A stretch of 64,000 nt of DNA from Bdellovibrionales bacterium (GTDB taxonomy: Bacteria > Bdellovibrionota > Bdellovibrionia > Bdellovibrionales > JAMPXM01), in assembly GCA_043739185.1 (NCBI GenBank), contig JAYUEN010000398.1, positions 1 to 64,000 on the forward strand, read 5' to 3'. A program made the position numbers and the translations under genes. The notes under the pieces are model-generated. The model ran no database searches. It saw only the letters and a program-made list of their open reading frames with translations, and was not told where the DNA came from. This document shows, in pieces, positions 39,006 to 50,217 of the stretch. Each line of letters begins with the position of its first letter. Within the stretch, counting starts at the first letter, position 1.

Positions 39006-41522
39006 ATGGGGAAAAATTTATTAAGTAGTGTTTTGTTGATTTCTGTTTCGGCATTGTTTGCTTGTTCTAAAGAGGAGCCAACTCCGCCACCCAAAAATTT
39101 CGTTCAATCTGTGAGTTTTCAAACTTTAGATAAAAAAGTTTCAGTTGCGCCGGATAAGACATCTTCGCGATCTATACAAGTGCAAGCTGTTCTAGATAAA
39201 AAATCGATTTTGAATCAAGATTACTTTTATGTCTCAAATCTGCAGTACTCATCGATTTACGATAAGAAAAATGATCTTTATACTCAGAGCAGTGCTTCGG
39301 CCTTGGTGCCAGTGCATTTTCGCATTGTAGGTAAAGAGCTGCATCTTATTGCGGATAACAAAATTCAATATCCAAGTGATGTCAATCACCCTGAGCTCTT
39401 GATCACTCGCTATAAAATCATTGAAGAGACCGCAAGTACGCTCACGGTTTCAGAGGGAAATTCTGCAAGCTATCTCGCCTCTGAAATGCAGACAAATGCT
39501 TCAAGTGCAGGTGCAGCCGAAGACCTATGGGTCAGGTCTTTTGAGTTTGCGCCAGAGGGATCCTATCTACTTCAAGAAACCAGTGTCCTCATGCCATCTG
39601 GTGATATTGGTGAATTCTTAGAGTCGGTTTTTCCGAGAGAAAATATGAAGCCCTCTTCAGCCTTCAAGATTTTTCAAATGAATCCTGAAGAAACCTCAGG
39701 CACCACTGATCCTATTATGGGGCGATTTCGACTCTTGCAAAGCGATCGCATTTTTGCAGGTGAGACCAAGCTTTCATATGCGGTTCATTTTGATTTACCA
39801 AACGATAAATCGACAATTGACTGGTATGTGACCGCGAATATTCCTGACGAAGATCTTGAAGCCATCGGCCTTTCCGTTGAAGGCTGGAATCGATATTTTA
39901 AAAATTTCAAAGGGCTTCATCGCGCCGTCATGAATTTTAAAGGCCGATTGCCAGCGGGAATTCACCTTGGAGATCCAAGATACAATGTCATCAATTGGGA
40001 TAGTCGACTGGTTGCGGGTGCAGCTTATGAATCACAGTCATTTGATCCGAGTAGCGGCAAGCAGGCCAACTCTATAATTTATATGCCAGCCGCTTGGATC
40101 AAAATCGGCATGTCTTACTGGTCGAGTGGTGAATTTTCTGAAGCTCAAAATCCTCCGAGTGTGGGGCACACCAAAGGATTGCAAGGGCGCCCGGTTTGTT
40201 ATCGAGATATGCATGATGCGGCCGCTTATTTGGCTTCGGGAAAATTGAAAGTCGGATCTGAAGAAAGTTTAAAAAAGTTCGGCGTTGAATTATTAAAGCA
40301 AACTCTTTTTCATGAGCTCGGCCATAGCTTAGGACTCGATCATAACTTTAAGGGCTCATTGTCTTACAAGCCAGCGGATGCGAAACCAAATTTTTCGAAT
40401 TCAATTATGGACTACAATGATTTTGAAATTGAACGGGCGGCATTTGAAGACCTTCACTCGGCACTTGGGCCGCAACTTGAATACGATCGTCAAGCGCTTA
40501 GTTTTTTGTATGACAATGGCTTAGATATTTCAAATTCAGATCCTATATTACCGGTTTGTAATGATAAAGAAGCTGACAATGAGGTCGGTGGCATCGATCC
40601 TTTGTGTACGCGCTATGATATTGAAAGTGATCCGACCCATTCAATTATAGGTGCCTTGAACCGAATCAATCAATCAAGTTTGGCACACGATGTGAGTCTC
40701 AGCGAAGCGCTCTTGCAGGTTCCCGTTATCATTCTGAGCGCAGAAGCTTTAAGTAATATTAAGCTTAAGGCTGACTTTGATCAAATCGTTCAAAAACTTT
40801 CGTCTGCTTTCGACGGCGTTTTAAATTACTATTTAAGTTCTGGGCGTTCGTCGCTTGGATATGCAACGCGGGCAAATTTAAAGTCGCTTTTTAAATTCAA
40901 TGAAAAGGTTTCGCTGCTAGATTTAGATCCTCGATTGATGCGGGAAAATGTATTCAATGGCGTGACTCAAATTTTGAAGTTGAAGAGCCTGCCAGACAAT
41001 GTGGCGGTGTCTTTGAGCAAAGCTCGTGATCAGGCATTAGAGCTTCTTAAAACTTCAAACTATTTGAGTGGAATTACGACCAGTGAATCTGGACAAATCA
41101 TTTTGGACAAACAAAAGCTTATGAGTAGTCATATCGCCAATTTTTCAAAAGATGAAAAATTAGGATTGCCAACGCTTCATACTAAAATACTATCTGCGAT
41201 GGTCAGGCACCCAGGCGTTTCATTTTTCTTTGGTAAATATGATAAGACTCAGGTGGATTACGAAATGCAAATCATTGCATTGCTAAGTGAAGTGGCCTCT
41301 TTAAAGGAAAATACCGCAAGTGTGCGAATGGCGGCCGTGAAATCTTTAGCAAGCTTTACGGGCCGCAAATTGGGTGATGATGCCATTTCAAAAGTAGGAA
41401 CGGGTATTTTAGCAGAGCGGGATGCGGCAGAGGACAGCGATGCGCGTGATCTCACCGAGAGCTTAATGAAAGCAATCTCTGCCGGACCATCAAGCCCAAG
41501 CGCCGCGAGCACTCTCAGATAA
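39006..41522 (+). CDS. Zinc-dependent metzincin metalloprotease lipoprotein (EcxA/DUF4953-like)
   Basis: Lipobox LFA-C; LGDPRYNVINW; HELGHSLGLDHNF; Met-turn SIMDY. Confidence 0.85.
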   Translation: MGKNLLSSVLLISVSALFACSKEEPTPPPKNFVQSVSFQTLDKKVSVAPDKTSSRSIQVQAVLDKKSILNQDYFYVSNLQYSSIYDKKNDLYTQSSASALVPVHFRIVGKELHLIADNKIQYPSDVNHPELLITRYKIIEETASTLTVSEGNSASYLASEMQTNASSAGAAEDLWVRSFEFAPEGSYLLQETSVLMPSGDIGEFLESVFPRENMKPSSAFKIFQMNPEETSGTTDPIMGRFRLLQSDRIFAGETKLSYAVHFDLPNDKSTIDWYVTANIPDEDLEAIGLSVEGWNRYFKNFKGLHRAVMNFKGRLPAGIHLGDPRYNVINWDSRLVAGAAYESQSFDPSSGKQANSIIYMPAAWIKIGMSYWSSGEFSEAQNPPSVGHTKGLQGRPVCYRDMHDAAAYLASGKLKVGSEESLKKFGVELLKQTLFHELGHSLGLDHNFKGSLSYKPADAKPNFSNSIMDYNDFEIERAAFEDLHSALGPQLEYDRQALSFLYDNGLDISNSDPILPVCNDKEADNEVGGIDPLCTRYDIESDPTHSIIGALNRINQSSLAHDVSLSEALLQVPVIILSAEALSNIKLKADFDQIVQKLSSAFDGVLNYYLSSGRSSLGYATRANLKSLFKFNEKVSLLDLDPRLMRENVFNGVTQILKLKSLPDNVAVSLSKARDQALELLKTSNYLSGITTSESGQIILDKQKLMSSHIANFSKDEKLGLPTLHTKILSAMVRHPGVSFFFGKYDKTQVDYEMQIIALLSEVASLKENTASVRMAAVKSLASFTGRKLGDDAISKVGTGILAERDAAEDSDARDLTESLMKAISAGPSSPSAASTLR

Positions 41523-41641
41523 GAAGAGTCCTAAATTAATGCGACCGAGGCGTCCGAGGAGAAGGTGCGGAGGCCTACTCCAGGTAGGCCGCACAAACCG
41601 ACGACGAAGGCAACGAAGGGCCCATTAATTTAGGACTCTTC
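41523..41641. mobile_element. 119-bp MITE-like palindromic element with 19-bp terminal inverted repeats and TAA target duplication
   Basis: GAAGAGTCCTAAATTAATG ... CATTAATTTAGGACTCTTC is a perfect inverted repeat; TAA on both sides (41520-41522, 41642-41644); internal hairpin GGCCTAC..GTAGGCC. Confidence 0.85.
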
Positions 41642-42380
41642 TAACATAATAAGAATACATGGCGATGCTAATCGCTGTGGCAGCATTAAGTGACTCTACA
41701 TTTGCTGCGCTTGGAATTTGAATTCTCTTGATTTTCATTTCCTTTGGTATGCCGCGACCCTCTTCTCCTACTAAGAGAAAACTATTTTTTGGCCACTTAA
41801 ACTGCGCCAAATTTTCGCCGTTCATATCTAGAGCCAAAGTATTTTTGAGCAATTCTGGGCTTAGCTCTAGGATAGAGGGGCCAATTTCATAGTTCACTTT
41901 TAAAACATTGCCCGCAGAAGCTCTAACCGCACGCGGATGAAATGGAGATGCAGATTCCTTTAATAAAATGACCTTACTGACTTCAAAGGAAGCGCAAGAG
42001 CGAATAATGGTGCCGAGATTAGATGGTTCTGAGACTGCAACTAATAATTCGAGACCTTTGGGCTCGTGGTGTTGCAATTTTAGAATCGTCGGAACTTTAC
42101 AGACTAAAATCGGAAAACGCGTCCCGAAAATATCGAGCTCCGAAAAAAGTTCGTTTGATAATTCGATGCGATCTATTGATTTGGCGGCGAGATTAAGCTT
42201 ATGGCCAGGCCCAAGAATCAAAGCTTCGACGGTCTCAGGATTCTCTGCGAGGACTTCATTAACAAATTTCTCTCCCCAAATTAAAAATCGATTTTGCCGA
42301 TGAATGCCCTTTGATGAAAGAAGTTTTTTGTATTCACTAAATATTGGGTTTTGTAGTGAGCTTATACTTTTGGGCGACAT
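41625..42380 (-). CDS. TrmH/SpoU-family RNA methyltransferase
   Basis: ISSLQNP, EPSNLGTIIRS, LVGEEGRG, VESLNAATA. Confidence 0.92.
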   Translation of the reverse strand: MSPKSISSLQNPIFSEYKKLLSSKGIHRQNRFLIWGEKFVNEVLAENPETVEALILGPGHKLNLAAKSIDRIELSNELFSELDIFGTRFPILVCKVPTILKLQHHEPKGLELLVAVSEPSNLGTIIRSCASFEVSKVILLKESASPFHPRAVRASAGNVLKVNYEIGPSILELSPELLKNTLALDMNGENLAQFKWPKNSFLLVGEEGRGIPKEMKIKRIQIPSAANVESLNAATAISIAMYSYYVRRVLN

Positions 42381-42381
42381 C

Positions 42382-43110
42382 TTATTTTGGTTTCAGTGCA
42401 AGCTGAGGGGCAGCCTTAAATTTTCTAAATACCAGCAAGGTTCTCTCATGTGAAGTTTTTGGCAGAACGTAAGGCGTATTTTTCTCTAGCCTAAAATATT
42501 CGCCCCACTTACTAAGTGCTGGCGCAATTTCGTGTTGGCAATTCGGACCCTTCATCAGGACAAGGCTTCCTCCGACGTTTAAACACATCATGACATTTGA
42601 AATTGAGGACTCCGCACTCTCGACGGCCCTAGTGATGACACTCTGAACAGGATAGATAAAGTCTTCATTTACATAGCGTCCGATGATATCCAGATTTGGT
42701 AGCTTGAGTTCGTCGCGAACAAGCTTGAGAAAATCAACGCGCTTTTGCACGCCTTCGGCAAGTATTAAGCGCTGATCGGGCAGATGAATTTTAAGCGGAA
42801 TTCCGGGAAAGCCGGGGCCAGTTCCCATATCAAGGAGCGGGAACTCTAACTTTGTAAGTCTTGGTATCATCAGGCAATCAATAAAATGTTTAATGGCGAC
42901 ATCGCGCAAGGTGATGAGGCGAGTAAAGTTTTGTGACTTTTGATTTTGCATGAGGAGCAGATAAAAGCGGACAAGTTCATGCCTTTGCGCATGCGGATAA
43001 TCACCAAAGTCATGATTGCGAAAGACATCATAAACACGGTCGTCGGCTTCAGCAAAACTAAAGCTTTCTTGGGGTTTTTTATGGTTGGGGCGAGATCTGT
43101 TTTTTTGCAT
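42382..43110 (-). CDS. rsmG: 16S rRNA m7G527 methyltransferase RsmG
   Basis: [34 protein letters not shown]. Start at MQKN is inferred. Confidence 0.9.
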   Translation of the reverse strand: MQKNRSRPNHKKPQESFSFAEADDRVYDVFRNHDFGDYPHAQRHELVRFYLLLMQNQKSQNFTRLITLRDVAIKHFIDCLMIPRLTKLEFPLLDMGTGPGFPGIPLKIHLPDQRLILAEGVQKRVDFLKLVRDELKLPNLDIIGRYVNEDFIYPVQSVITRAVESAESSISNVMMCLNVGGSLVLMKGPNCQHEIAPALSKWGEYFRLEKNTPYVLPKTSHERTLLVFRKFKAAPQLALKPK

Positions 43111-43164
43111 TTGAATCGCGTAAATGTAATTGAAAAAAAACATAAAATCATTCAGTATTTTGGA

Positions 43165-44190
43165 ATGTTAAAAGAAAAACTCGACCTACTAAAAATCCAA
43201 GCTACGGGCTCTTTTCAAGAGGCTCAAACCACCAACCAGCTTTTTGAAAAAAAAGCGCAATTCCTGGGTAAACAGGGGCAGATCTCGCTCTTAATGAAAG
43301 ATCTTGCAGGCCTCAAGCCTGAAGAACGGCCTGCCTTTGGGAAAATTGTCAATGAAGTGAAGCTTGAACTTGAAAAGGTATTTTCAGAAGCTGAGGCCAA
43401 GCTTAAAGCTTCTGAGCTCGGTCAAAAATTAAATGCAGAGTTCATTGATTTGACTTTACCAGGGCCCATTCGGTCGGTTGGCACTCATCATCCGATTTCG
43501 ATGGTGATTGATGAAATCACGTCGATTTTGGCGAGACTCGGTTACAGCGTCCGAACCGGCCCATTGATTGAGAAGGATCGATATAATTTTGAGGCGCTTA
43601 ATATTCCAAAGGATCATCCCGCAAGAGATATGCAGGATACTTTTTATATTGATAGTGACCATGTCTTGCGAACCCACACCTCGCCAATTCAGATTCATGT
43701 TTTAGAAAATGAAAAGCCACCCTTACGCGTACTGGGAGTAGGGCCCGTATTTCGCTGTGACAGTGATGTTTCACATTCGCCCAACTTTCATCAGATTGAG
43801 GGAATGTTGGTAGATGAAAATGTTTCAATGGCCGACCTGAAAGGAACTATTTCGTTTTTTGTTAAAGAATTTTTTGGAAAAGAACTCAAGACCAGGTTTC
43901 GCCCCAGCTTTTTTCCTTTTACCGAGCCCTCAGCAGAGGTGGATTGTTCTTGCCCGCTTTGCAAAGGCAAGGGTTGCAGTATGTGTGGCCAGAGTGGCTG
44001 GGTTGAAATCGGTGGAAGTGGCCTGATCAATCCTAATGTTTTTAAAGCCGCCGGTGTTGAGTATCCAAAATGGACTGGTTTTGCATTCGGATTTGGGGTC
44101 GAACGCATGGCCATTATAAAATATGGAATCGATGACATTCGACTCTTTTCTGAAAATCATCTTCACTTTTTAAGGCAGTTTCCAGTATGA
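43165..44190 (+). CDS. pheS: Phenylalanine--tRNA ligase alpha subunit
   Basis: [40 protein letters not shown]. True start at MLKEK; the ORF-track 5' extension overlaps rsmG. Confidence 0.97.
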   Translation: MLKEKLDLLKIQATGSFQEAQTTNQLFEKKAQFLGKQGQISLLMKDLAGLKPEERPAFGKIVNEVKLELEKVFSEAEAKLKASELGQKLNAEFIDLTLPGPIRSVGTHHPISMVIDEITSILARLGYSVRTGPLIEKDRYNFEALNIPKDHPARDMQDTFYIDSDHVLRTHTSPIQIHVLENEKPPLRVLGVGPVFRCDSDVSHSPNFHQIEGMLVDENVSMADLKGTISFFVKEFFGKELKTRFRPSFFPFTEPSAEVDCSCPLCKGKGCSMCGQSGWVEIGGSGLINPNVFKAAGVEYPKWTGFAFGFGVERMAIIKYGIDDIRLFSENHLHFLRQFPV

Positions 44191-46634
44191 AAATTTCATT
44201 AAAATGGCTAAACGACTACGTCGATATTAAAGAATTTTTTGCCAAACCCAAAGAGCTTGCGGCCATCCTCACTTCCGCCGGACTCGAGGTTGAGAGTATT
44301 TCGGATCAAGCCAAGCAATTTGAATTTGTTGTTATCGGACATATTTTAAAAAAAGATCAGCACCCCAATGCAGATCGATTGAGTCTTTGCCAAGTTTCAA
44401 CCGGCGAAGGTCGCATTCACCAAATTGTTTGTGGGGCGCAAAATCATAAACAAAATGACAATGTGGTCGTGGCCTTGCCTGGTGCGATTTTGCCTGGTGA
44501 TTTTGCAATCAAACTCTCTAAGATTCGTGGTGTCGAGTCTTCAGGAATGTTGTGCTCTGAAAAAGAATTAGGTTTAAAAAATGAGAGCGAAGGCATTTTG
44601 ATATTGCCACAAAACGCACCTATCGGAAAATCTTATGCCGAGCATATGGGTTACGACGACGTACTTTTCGAATTGAAGGTCACCCCAAATCGTGCGGATT
44701 GTTTGAGTCACTTCGGCTTAGCTCGGGAGATCGCTTGTCTCTTGGGGCGCGAATGTGTGCTTCCTATTGAGTCTATGATTGAGAGTGCAGATTCTACAAA
44801 GAAAATGATTCAGCTCGAAGTGAAAAGCTCAGATGCCTGCCCAAGATATGCCGGACGGGCTATCAAGGGCGTGAAAGTTGCGTCGTCGCCTGATTGGCTT
44901 AAAAAACGTCTTGATAGTATTGGGGTCAAACCAATTAATAATATTGTAGATGTCACCAACTACGTGATGCATGAATTGGGACAGCCTTTACATGCTTTTG
45001 ATACGAAGGAAATTAAGGGCTCAAAAATTACGGTTGATCTTGCCGTCCCCAAAGAAAAATTTGTTAGTCTTGACGGCTCTGAAAAGACTTTATCAGGTGA
45101 AGAATTGACGATTCGAGATAGTGAGCGCGTGATTGCGCTGGCAGGAATTGTTGGCGGCAAAAACTCTGGCATTCAAGATTCAACGCAATATATTTTCATT
45201 GAAGCCGCCTACTTTGCAGCCGCAGGCATTCGAAAAACATCTCGAAGCCTAGGAATTGAAACAGATTCTTCTTATCGCTTTAGTCGAGGGGTCAATCCTG
45301 AGGCCGTTCCGCTTGCAATGAATCGCGCCGCCCAAATGATTCAAAAACTAGCTGGTGGCGAAATAGTAGGGGATGCTTATGATATTTATCCAAAAGCCAT
45401 TTATCCGTCTGCAATTTCGATATCACTCGATCTACTGACCAATCGACTCGGCTACAAAGTAGAAGCCTCTGAATTCGTAAGTTGGATGAAGCGTCTGGGG
45501 TGTCAGCTTACTGAGAAAGCTACTAACAAATGGGAAATTGTGACTCCAGTTTTTCGCACGGATATGAATATTGATATGGATCTAGTAGAGGAGTTCGCAA
45601 GACTTCATGGCTACCAGAATATTCCCGAGAAACTGCCTGCTCTCGATGCTTCTCCCTCGCAAGATGTGTCTGCATTTCAAAATGATAAGCGGCTGCGAAA
45701 TATTTGGGTATCGCTTGGCTATCAACAAGTTATTCATCACGCCTTCACCTCTGAAAAGTGGCAGTCGCAAATTTTAGGCGATGTTGCGAAGTTGATTCCC
45801 TATGGGCTAAAGTCAATTGAGAAGCCGATCCAATTGGTGAATCCGTTAAATGAAGAAATTGGTGTAATGAGAACTTCGCTCGCACCGGGACTCATTAAAA
45901 ATGTCGCCCACAATTTCAATAATTCTGTATTTAGTGGTCAAATTTTTGAAATTGGGTTTGCACATTTTTTGGCAAACGCCGAAGCCTCGAAAAACAAATA
46001 CGAACAGGAGATGCGCCTTGGCCTTGCGGTTTGGGGAATCGACGTCAATCTTTGGCAAAAGCTTCAAGATATTCCCTCTGTTTTTCAATTGAAGTCAGAT
46101 TTAGGGGTTTTGTTTAAGAAGTTGAATATTAGTAAGTTGAGTTTTGAGATGACGAAGACGCCAGCTGATTTTCTGCATCCAAAACAAAGTGCCGTAATCA
46201 ACGCTGAAGGCAAAGCTATAGGATATATCGGAAGTCTTCATCCGAGTATTCTTGAAGAACATAAAATTCGCGCCCAGGTAGCGATACTAGAATTGAATAT
46301 AGATAAATTGATGCTCGGTCAGCCGCGAGTCTTTCGATATCAAGGCCTTTCGCGAATGCCTTCTGTTGATCGCGACTTAAGTTTTGTAATGCCAAAAGAC
46401 CTACAAGCTTCGCAAATTGAGGCCGTGATCAAACAAAATGCAGGTCCTCTGCTAAAAGAAGTAAAGATTGTAGATTTGTTCAAGGGCGGAAGCCTTAAGG
46501 AAAATGAGCAAAGCTTAAGCTTTAGGCTTGTCTTTCAAGATCCAAATTTGAGCCTTGCAGATGCTCAAATCAATGAGCTTCGCGATAAAATAGTAAATGC
46601 AGTCAGTCAAAAATTTCAGATTGGTCTGAGATAG
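44187..46634 (+). CDS. pheT: Phenylalanine--tRNA ligase beta subunit
   Basis: [37 protein letters not shown]-terminal ferredoxin-fold anticodon-binding domain. Confidence 0.97.
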   Translation: MKISLKWLNDYVDIKEFFAKPKELAAILTSAGLEVESISDQAKQFEFVVIGHILKKDQHPNADRLSLCQVSTGEGRIHQIVCGAQNHKQNDNVVVALPGAILPGDFAIKLSKIRGVESSGMLCSEKELGLKNESEGILILPQNAPIGKSYAEHMGYDDVLFELKVTPNRADCLSHFGLAREIACLLGRECVLPIESMIESADSTKKMIQLEVKSSDACPRYAGRAIKGVKVASSPDWLKKRLDSIGVKPINNIVDVTNYVMHELGQPLHAFDTKEIKGSKITVDLAVPKEKFVSLDGSEKTLSGEELTIRDSERVIALAGIVGGKNSGIQDSTQYIFIEAAYFAAAGIRKTSRSLGIETDSSYRFSRGVNPEAVPLAMNRAAQMIQKLAGGEIVGDAYDIYPKAIYPSAISISLDLLTNRLGYKVEASEFVSWMKRLGCQLTEKATNKWEIVTPVFRTDMNIDMDLVEEFARLHGYQNIPEKLPALDASPSQDVSAFQNDKRLRNIWVSLGYQQVIHHAFTSEKWQSQILGDVAKLIPYGLKSIEKPIQLVNPLNEEIGVMRTSLAPGLIKNVAHNFNNSVFSGQIFEIGFAHFLANAEASKNKYEQEMRLGLAVWGIDVNLWQKLQDIPSVFQLKSDLGVLFKKLNISKLSFEMTKTPADFLHPKQSAVINAEGKAIGYIGSLHPSILEEHKIRAQVAILELNIDKLMLGQPRVFRYQGLSRMPSVDRDLSFVMPKDLQASQIEAVIKQNAGPLLKEVKIVDLFKGGSLKENEQSLSFRLVFQDPNLSLADAQINELRDKIVNAVSQKFQIGLR

Positions 46635-46749
46635 ACTGCAATTGTCACGAGTCGTCTAATTAGGTCTAGTTTCAACATAAATCTTGATAGTTTTCAGCTA
46701 CTTGGTAGCCTTAGATTTATGTAAATGTAAACGAGACAGGGAGACTGTG

Positions 46750-47094
46750 ATGACGTCTGAAAAAACCGAACGCTCAACAATGACCAAGGCTGATATTGTT
46801 GAAAAGGTTTATCAAAAAATTGGTTTTTCAAAAAAAGAAGCTTCCGAATTGGTGGAGTTGGTATTTTCATCCCTCAAGGAAGTTTTACAAAATGGTGATA
46901 AAGTAAAAATTTCTGGATTTGGAAATTTTTTAGTTCGAGAAAAACACGAACGCGTTGGGAGAAATCCTCAAACTGGCGCACAAATGAAAATTAGCGCAAG
47001 ACGTGTTATTAGTTTTCGACCTTCTCAAGTTTTGAAGGCTTTACTTGATGGTGAAGATATAACTGGTTTGAAAGAAGATGACGACGATGAGTGA
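46750..47094 (+). CDS. ihfA: Integration host factor alpha
   Basis: MTKADIVE..VKISGFGNF..GRNPQTG..FRPSQVLK; follows pheT. Confidence 0.92.
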   Translation: MTSEKTERSTMTKADIVEKVYQKIGFSKKEASELVELVFSSLKEVLQNGDKVKISGFGNFLVREKHERVGRNPQTGAQMKISARRVISFRPSQVLKALLDGEDITGLKEDDDDE

Positions 47095-47686
47095 GATTGA
47101 GCTGATCACAGATAAAACTCAACTTGAAAAGCATGATGAAAAATCAGAATTGAAGTCTGAAGTCGCCGCGCCAAATTCAACGGGAGCCTTGTTTCCAGTT
47201 GATTTTGCTATCGAGAAAGTAAACTTCACAGAAAATGTTTTTGATGAAATCGAGCTACGCTCTCCAGAGCAACAGAGTATCCCTTTATATATTGATCAAG
47301 AAGACATAGCTTCTCTTGAAAATATTCCGAAAAAAATGGCATTTAAAATTGGTGAAGTTGCCGAAATGGTCGGTGTTAAGCAATATGTTTTAAGATACTG
47401 GGAAAGTGAATTTGAACAACTTCACCCAAAAAAATCTAAATTCAATCAACGAGTCTATACACGAAAAGATGTTGAAAACGCCTTGCTCATAAAAAAACTT
47501 TTATACAAAGATCGATTCTCAATTGAGGGCGCTCGAAGTGCCATGAAGCAGTTGAAGGAGCAGGTAAAAGAAGAGCGTGCCGTTCGTCACATTAGTCACA
47601 ATCAAGAGCATATTATCGAGATGGTAACTGATCTCATGTCACAAATTCAAAAGATGAAACAAAAGTTAATTAAAGTAAATCTTTAG
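47078..47686 (+). CDS. MerR-family regulator (ihfA-associated type) with N-terminal acidic extension
   Basis: FKIGEVAEMVGVKQYVLRYWESEF..RVYTRKD..FSIEGAR. Confidence 0.88.
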   Translation: MTTMSEIELITDKTQLEKHDEKSELKSEVAAPNSTGALFPVDFAIEKVNFTENVFDEIELRSPEQQSIPLYIDQEDIASLENIPKKMAFKIGEVAEMVGVKQYVLRYWESEFEQLHPKKSKFNQRVYTRKDVENALLIKKLLYKDRFSIEGARSAMKQLKEQVKEERAVRHISHNQEHIIEMVTDLMSQIQKMKQKLIKVNL

Positions 47687-48285
47687 TGAACGAGTTCGAC
47701 CTTACCAATCACATCGTTTAGATGAACAACACCTAAAGTGCCGCTATCGCGATCTCCTGGCGGAAATGCTGAGAACACAATTATTTCTCGATCGAGTAAA
47801 ACTCCGTCCCGTGAGTTTTCAAGTAATTTAAGTGGTGGCGGGATTTTGGGATCATTGGTGCCAAAGGCATAGGGCTGATCTTTGTGCATAACTAATTCTT
47901 CACCGATTTGAACATTCCAAGCCTTTTGATGTTTGTTAAATATGACCTTAAATTCGTCGTCCGGAATTCCATAAACTTTTCTAACGACTGGCTCTAGGCC
48001 TTGCGCAAATTTAAGATAAACAAGATCGCCGTTTTTGACCGGATTGCACCAATACCAATTCATAATTAAATTGAAGTCTTGGCCTTCTTCTAAAATTCCC
48101 CTCATATAAACATCGTTCATTTTTAGACTTTTAGTTTCACCCGGGCAAGGCCCTGAAAAATCGTAAGGGTGTTTCCCAGAGTGCGAAATAACCTTGGAGG
48201 TTTTGGGTCGATACAAAGTGAAATACCCAACTGTTGAGAGCAGACTTATGATTATCAAGGCGACAAGATATTTTTGCTTCTTCAA
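47683..48285 (-). CDS. Signal peptidase I (S26)-like protein with degenerate active site
   Basis: N-terminal TM; GDLVY, VVRKVYGIPDD and DRDSGTLGVV correspond to boxes C/D/E; box B reads DVYM instead of SxSM. Confidence 0.65.
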   Translation of the reverse strand: MKKQKYLVALIIISLLSTVGYFTLYRPKTSKVISHSGKHPYDFSGPCPGETKSLKMNDVYMRGILEEGQDFNLIMNWYWCNPVKNGDLVYLKFAQGLEPVVRKVYGIPDDEFKVIFNKHQKAWNVQIGEELVMHKDQPYAFGTNDPKIPPPLKLLENSRDGVLLDREIIVFSAFPPGDRDSGTLGVVHLNDVIGKVELVH

Positions 48286-48519
48286 GAATTTCTCCGGAGA
48301 TTCAGATTATTTAGCTCAGCTTCATTTTCTGGTTAAATAGCTCTGAAATCAAGAGTGCTCGTTGGGCACCTGGTTATAGGTACTGGAACAGGGCTTTTTT
48401 GTGGTGCACGGCTTAGCCGAGGCTTCATTTTATTCATTTGATCATTGACTCAATTGGGGGCGCTAATCAGATCATATATAACGAGAGAGTAATGATCGAT
48501 TCGCTTTGGGGTATAAAAG

Positions 48520-48702
48520 ATGGATACAAAAGATAAAAAGAAAACGGGCTTATTTGAAGAGGATCGAAGGGCAAAGATGAGACTGGATGCGCCTGAGCGC
48601 CGGACCCAACTACGTGCAACGCCAAAATTGAAAATTTATGGTTTTTTGATCGCAGCCATATGTGCTGTCATAGCATGTGTGGTTGGCTATATGGCGAAAT
48701 AA
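48520..48702 (+). CDS. Small single-TM protein
   Basis: 60 aa, charged N-terminus and C-terminal hydrophobic helix; GGGG upstream. Confidence 0.5.
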   Translation: MDTKDKKKTGLFEEDRRAKMRLDAPERRTQLRATPKLKIYGFLIAAICAVIACVVGYMAK

Positions 48703-48712
48703 ACTTCTCGGT

Positions 48713-50179
48713 CTATAAGGCCCCAGGTAAAGCTGAAAACTCAAAAATCATTTCATTTTTTTGTCCGACCCGAAACTTTTCAAGCTCAAAGGGATCGAGG
48801 CCGTCCATCTGAAGTTTCGGTATTTGAAAGCTCTGACTTTGCAAAGCCAAATTCTGTTTGATGGCATCATCCAATATCCAGGTAGCTAAATTCGTAAATG
48901 GATGAAAGCGGTCAAGATAGTCTTGGCCAAATGAAATTTGACTCTTCACGGATTTGATAGTCGGCGCTAAGGTCAGGACGCCACTCGCAATTGCAATTGA
49001 AAGTTTGGCTTTAACTCTATTTTGGATGTCGAGATAATGCCATTGATTGCCCTCGCGGGGAGCTTCAATCCACGAAGAGGAGTCTAGATTTAGATTCCAT
49101 TGTTGATTGGCTCCCAATGCGATTGTTGAAGTGGGGAGAAATTGGGAGTGCAAAGTGAAATTCGATGATTTAGGAAAGTTCATAAGATCAGGCCAAATGA
49201 AAAATTGAAAAAAGCGTGAGCGCATGAGCTGGGCAAAACCCGAAAAACTCTTCAAAGCTACTTGGTATTTTTGACCCAGCAAAGAAGTTCGAATCAACTC
49301 TTGAAATCCTAGGGGACCGAACGCCAAAGAAATATGGTCAGCCGAGAGCTCAGGCAAAGTCGTATTCTTGAGATCGTCAATTGGCTGAACTTTGGGATCA
49401 GCCGTTGCGTCTGAAACTAGAATTTGAAAATCAACTCCGGTGCCCGATATTTTTTCAACTTGATTCAATTGGTATTCAATATTTACATTTGAAAGTGCTA
49501 GAAAGTGTGGCGCCAAGGCACTATTTAAAAAAAGATTGAGATGTTCATTGAGAGCGTTCTGCAAAAGCCCCTGCACTTCATCTTTGAATGCAGTCGCATC
49601 ATTTAGTTTAGTCGCCAAATCTTTTTGAATCAAATCTGCAAAGCCGACTGGCCCTGAACATTGAATCTGCGAAATCATCCAAGAATTTGCGGGCCATTGA
49701 AAATTCAAATTTGAAATGATGCCATTGATCTTTTGATTTTGCAGCCGCCATTGAATCAGGGCCTGAATAGAGGCTCGTGTTTGAATGAGTTGAATCGGGC
49801 TGCAACTTGCACTCAGATTTACAATGACCTCTACGCCTCCATTTTTCACACTCACTTGTTTTTGAATTGCGATCGCAGGAATTTGAATTTGAATTGCCAA
49901 ATCTCTTGTTGAGACAGGCATATTTTGATCCTGAAAAAAGATCGAATTCAAATTGTATTTCACCAAGACATCAATTGGTGGCAGCGTGATGGGACCGAAA
50001 GAGCTAGCCACCGCTAAATCATTTATAGGAAAAGTTTTTGTTGAGCTGAGATATTCGGGGTGCTCATCAAGTTGTTGTTCAATGACTGACCAAGGAATTC
50101 TGAGCATGCCTAAGACGGGCACCGCATGAACTGAAAATGAAATCAAAAATGCGCAGAACAAGACAAACATTTTTTTCAT
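48713..50179 (-). CDS. Secreted beta-rich hypothetical protein
   Basis: Signal peptide MKKMFVLFCAFLISFSVHA; long open frame. Confidence 0.7.
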   Translation of the reverse strand: MKKMFVLFCAFLISFSVHAVPVLGMLRIPWSVIEQQLDEHPEYLSSTKTFPINDLAVASSFGPITLPPIDVLVKYNLNSIFFQDQNMPVSTRDLAIQIQIPAIAIQKQVSVKNGGVEVIVNLSASCSPIQLIQTRASIQALIQWRLQNQKINGIISNLNFQWPANSWMISQIQCSGPVGFADLIQKDLATKLNDATAFKDEVQGLLQNALNEHLNLFLNSALAPHFLALSNVNIEYQLNQVEKISGTGVDFQILVSDATADPKVQPIDDLKNTTLPELSADHISLAFGPLGFQELIRTSLLGQKYQVALKSFSGFAQLMRSRFFQFFIWPDLMNFPKSSNFTLHSQFLPTSTIALGANQQWNLNLDSSSWIEAPREGNQWHYLDIQNRVKAKLSIAIASGVLTLAPTIKSVKSQISFGQDYLDRFHPFTNLATWILDDAIKQNLALQSQSFQIPKLQMDGLDPFELEKFRVGQKNEMIFEFSALPGAL

Positions 50180-50189
50180 AGTACCCATC

Positions 50190-50217
50190 TTATCGGCGCA
50201 AAGGCCTTCGTGGTAAA
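50190..50217 (-). promoter_or_regulatory. Candidate sigma28 promoter
   Basis: Minus strand TTTA-N16-GCCGATAA; perfect -10 box 10 nt before the start. Confidence 0.55.

Noticed and set aside
47687..48519. tRNA-Pro often found after ihfA-merR
   Set aside because: No cloverleaf or T-loop GTTCGA/CCA pattern found by eye.
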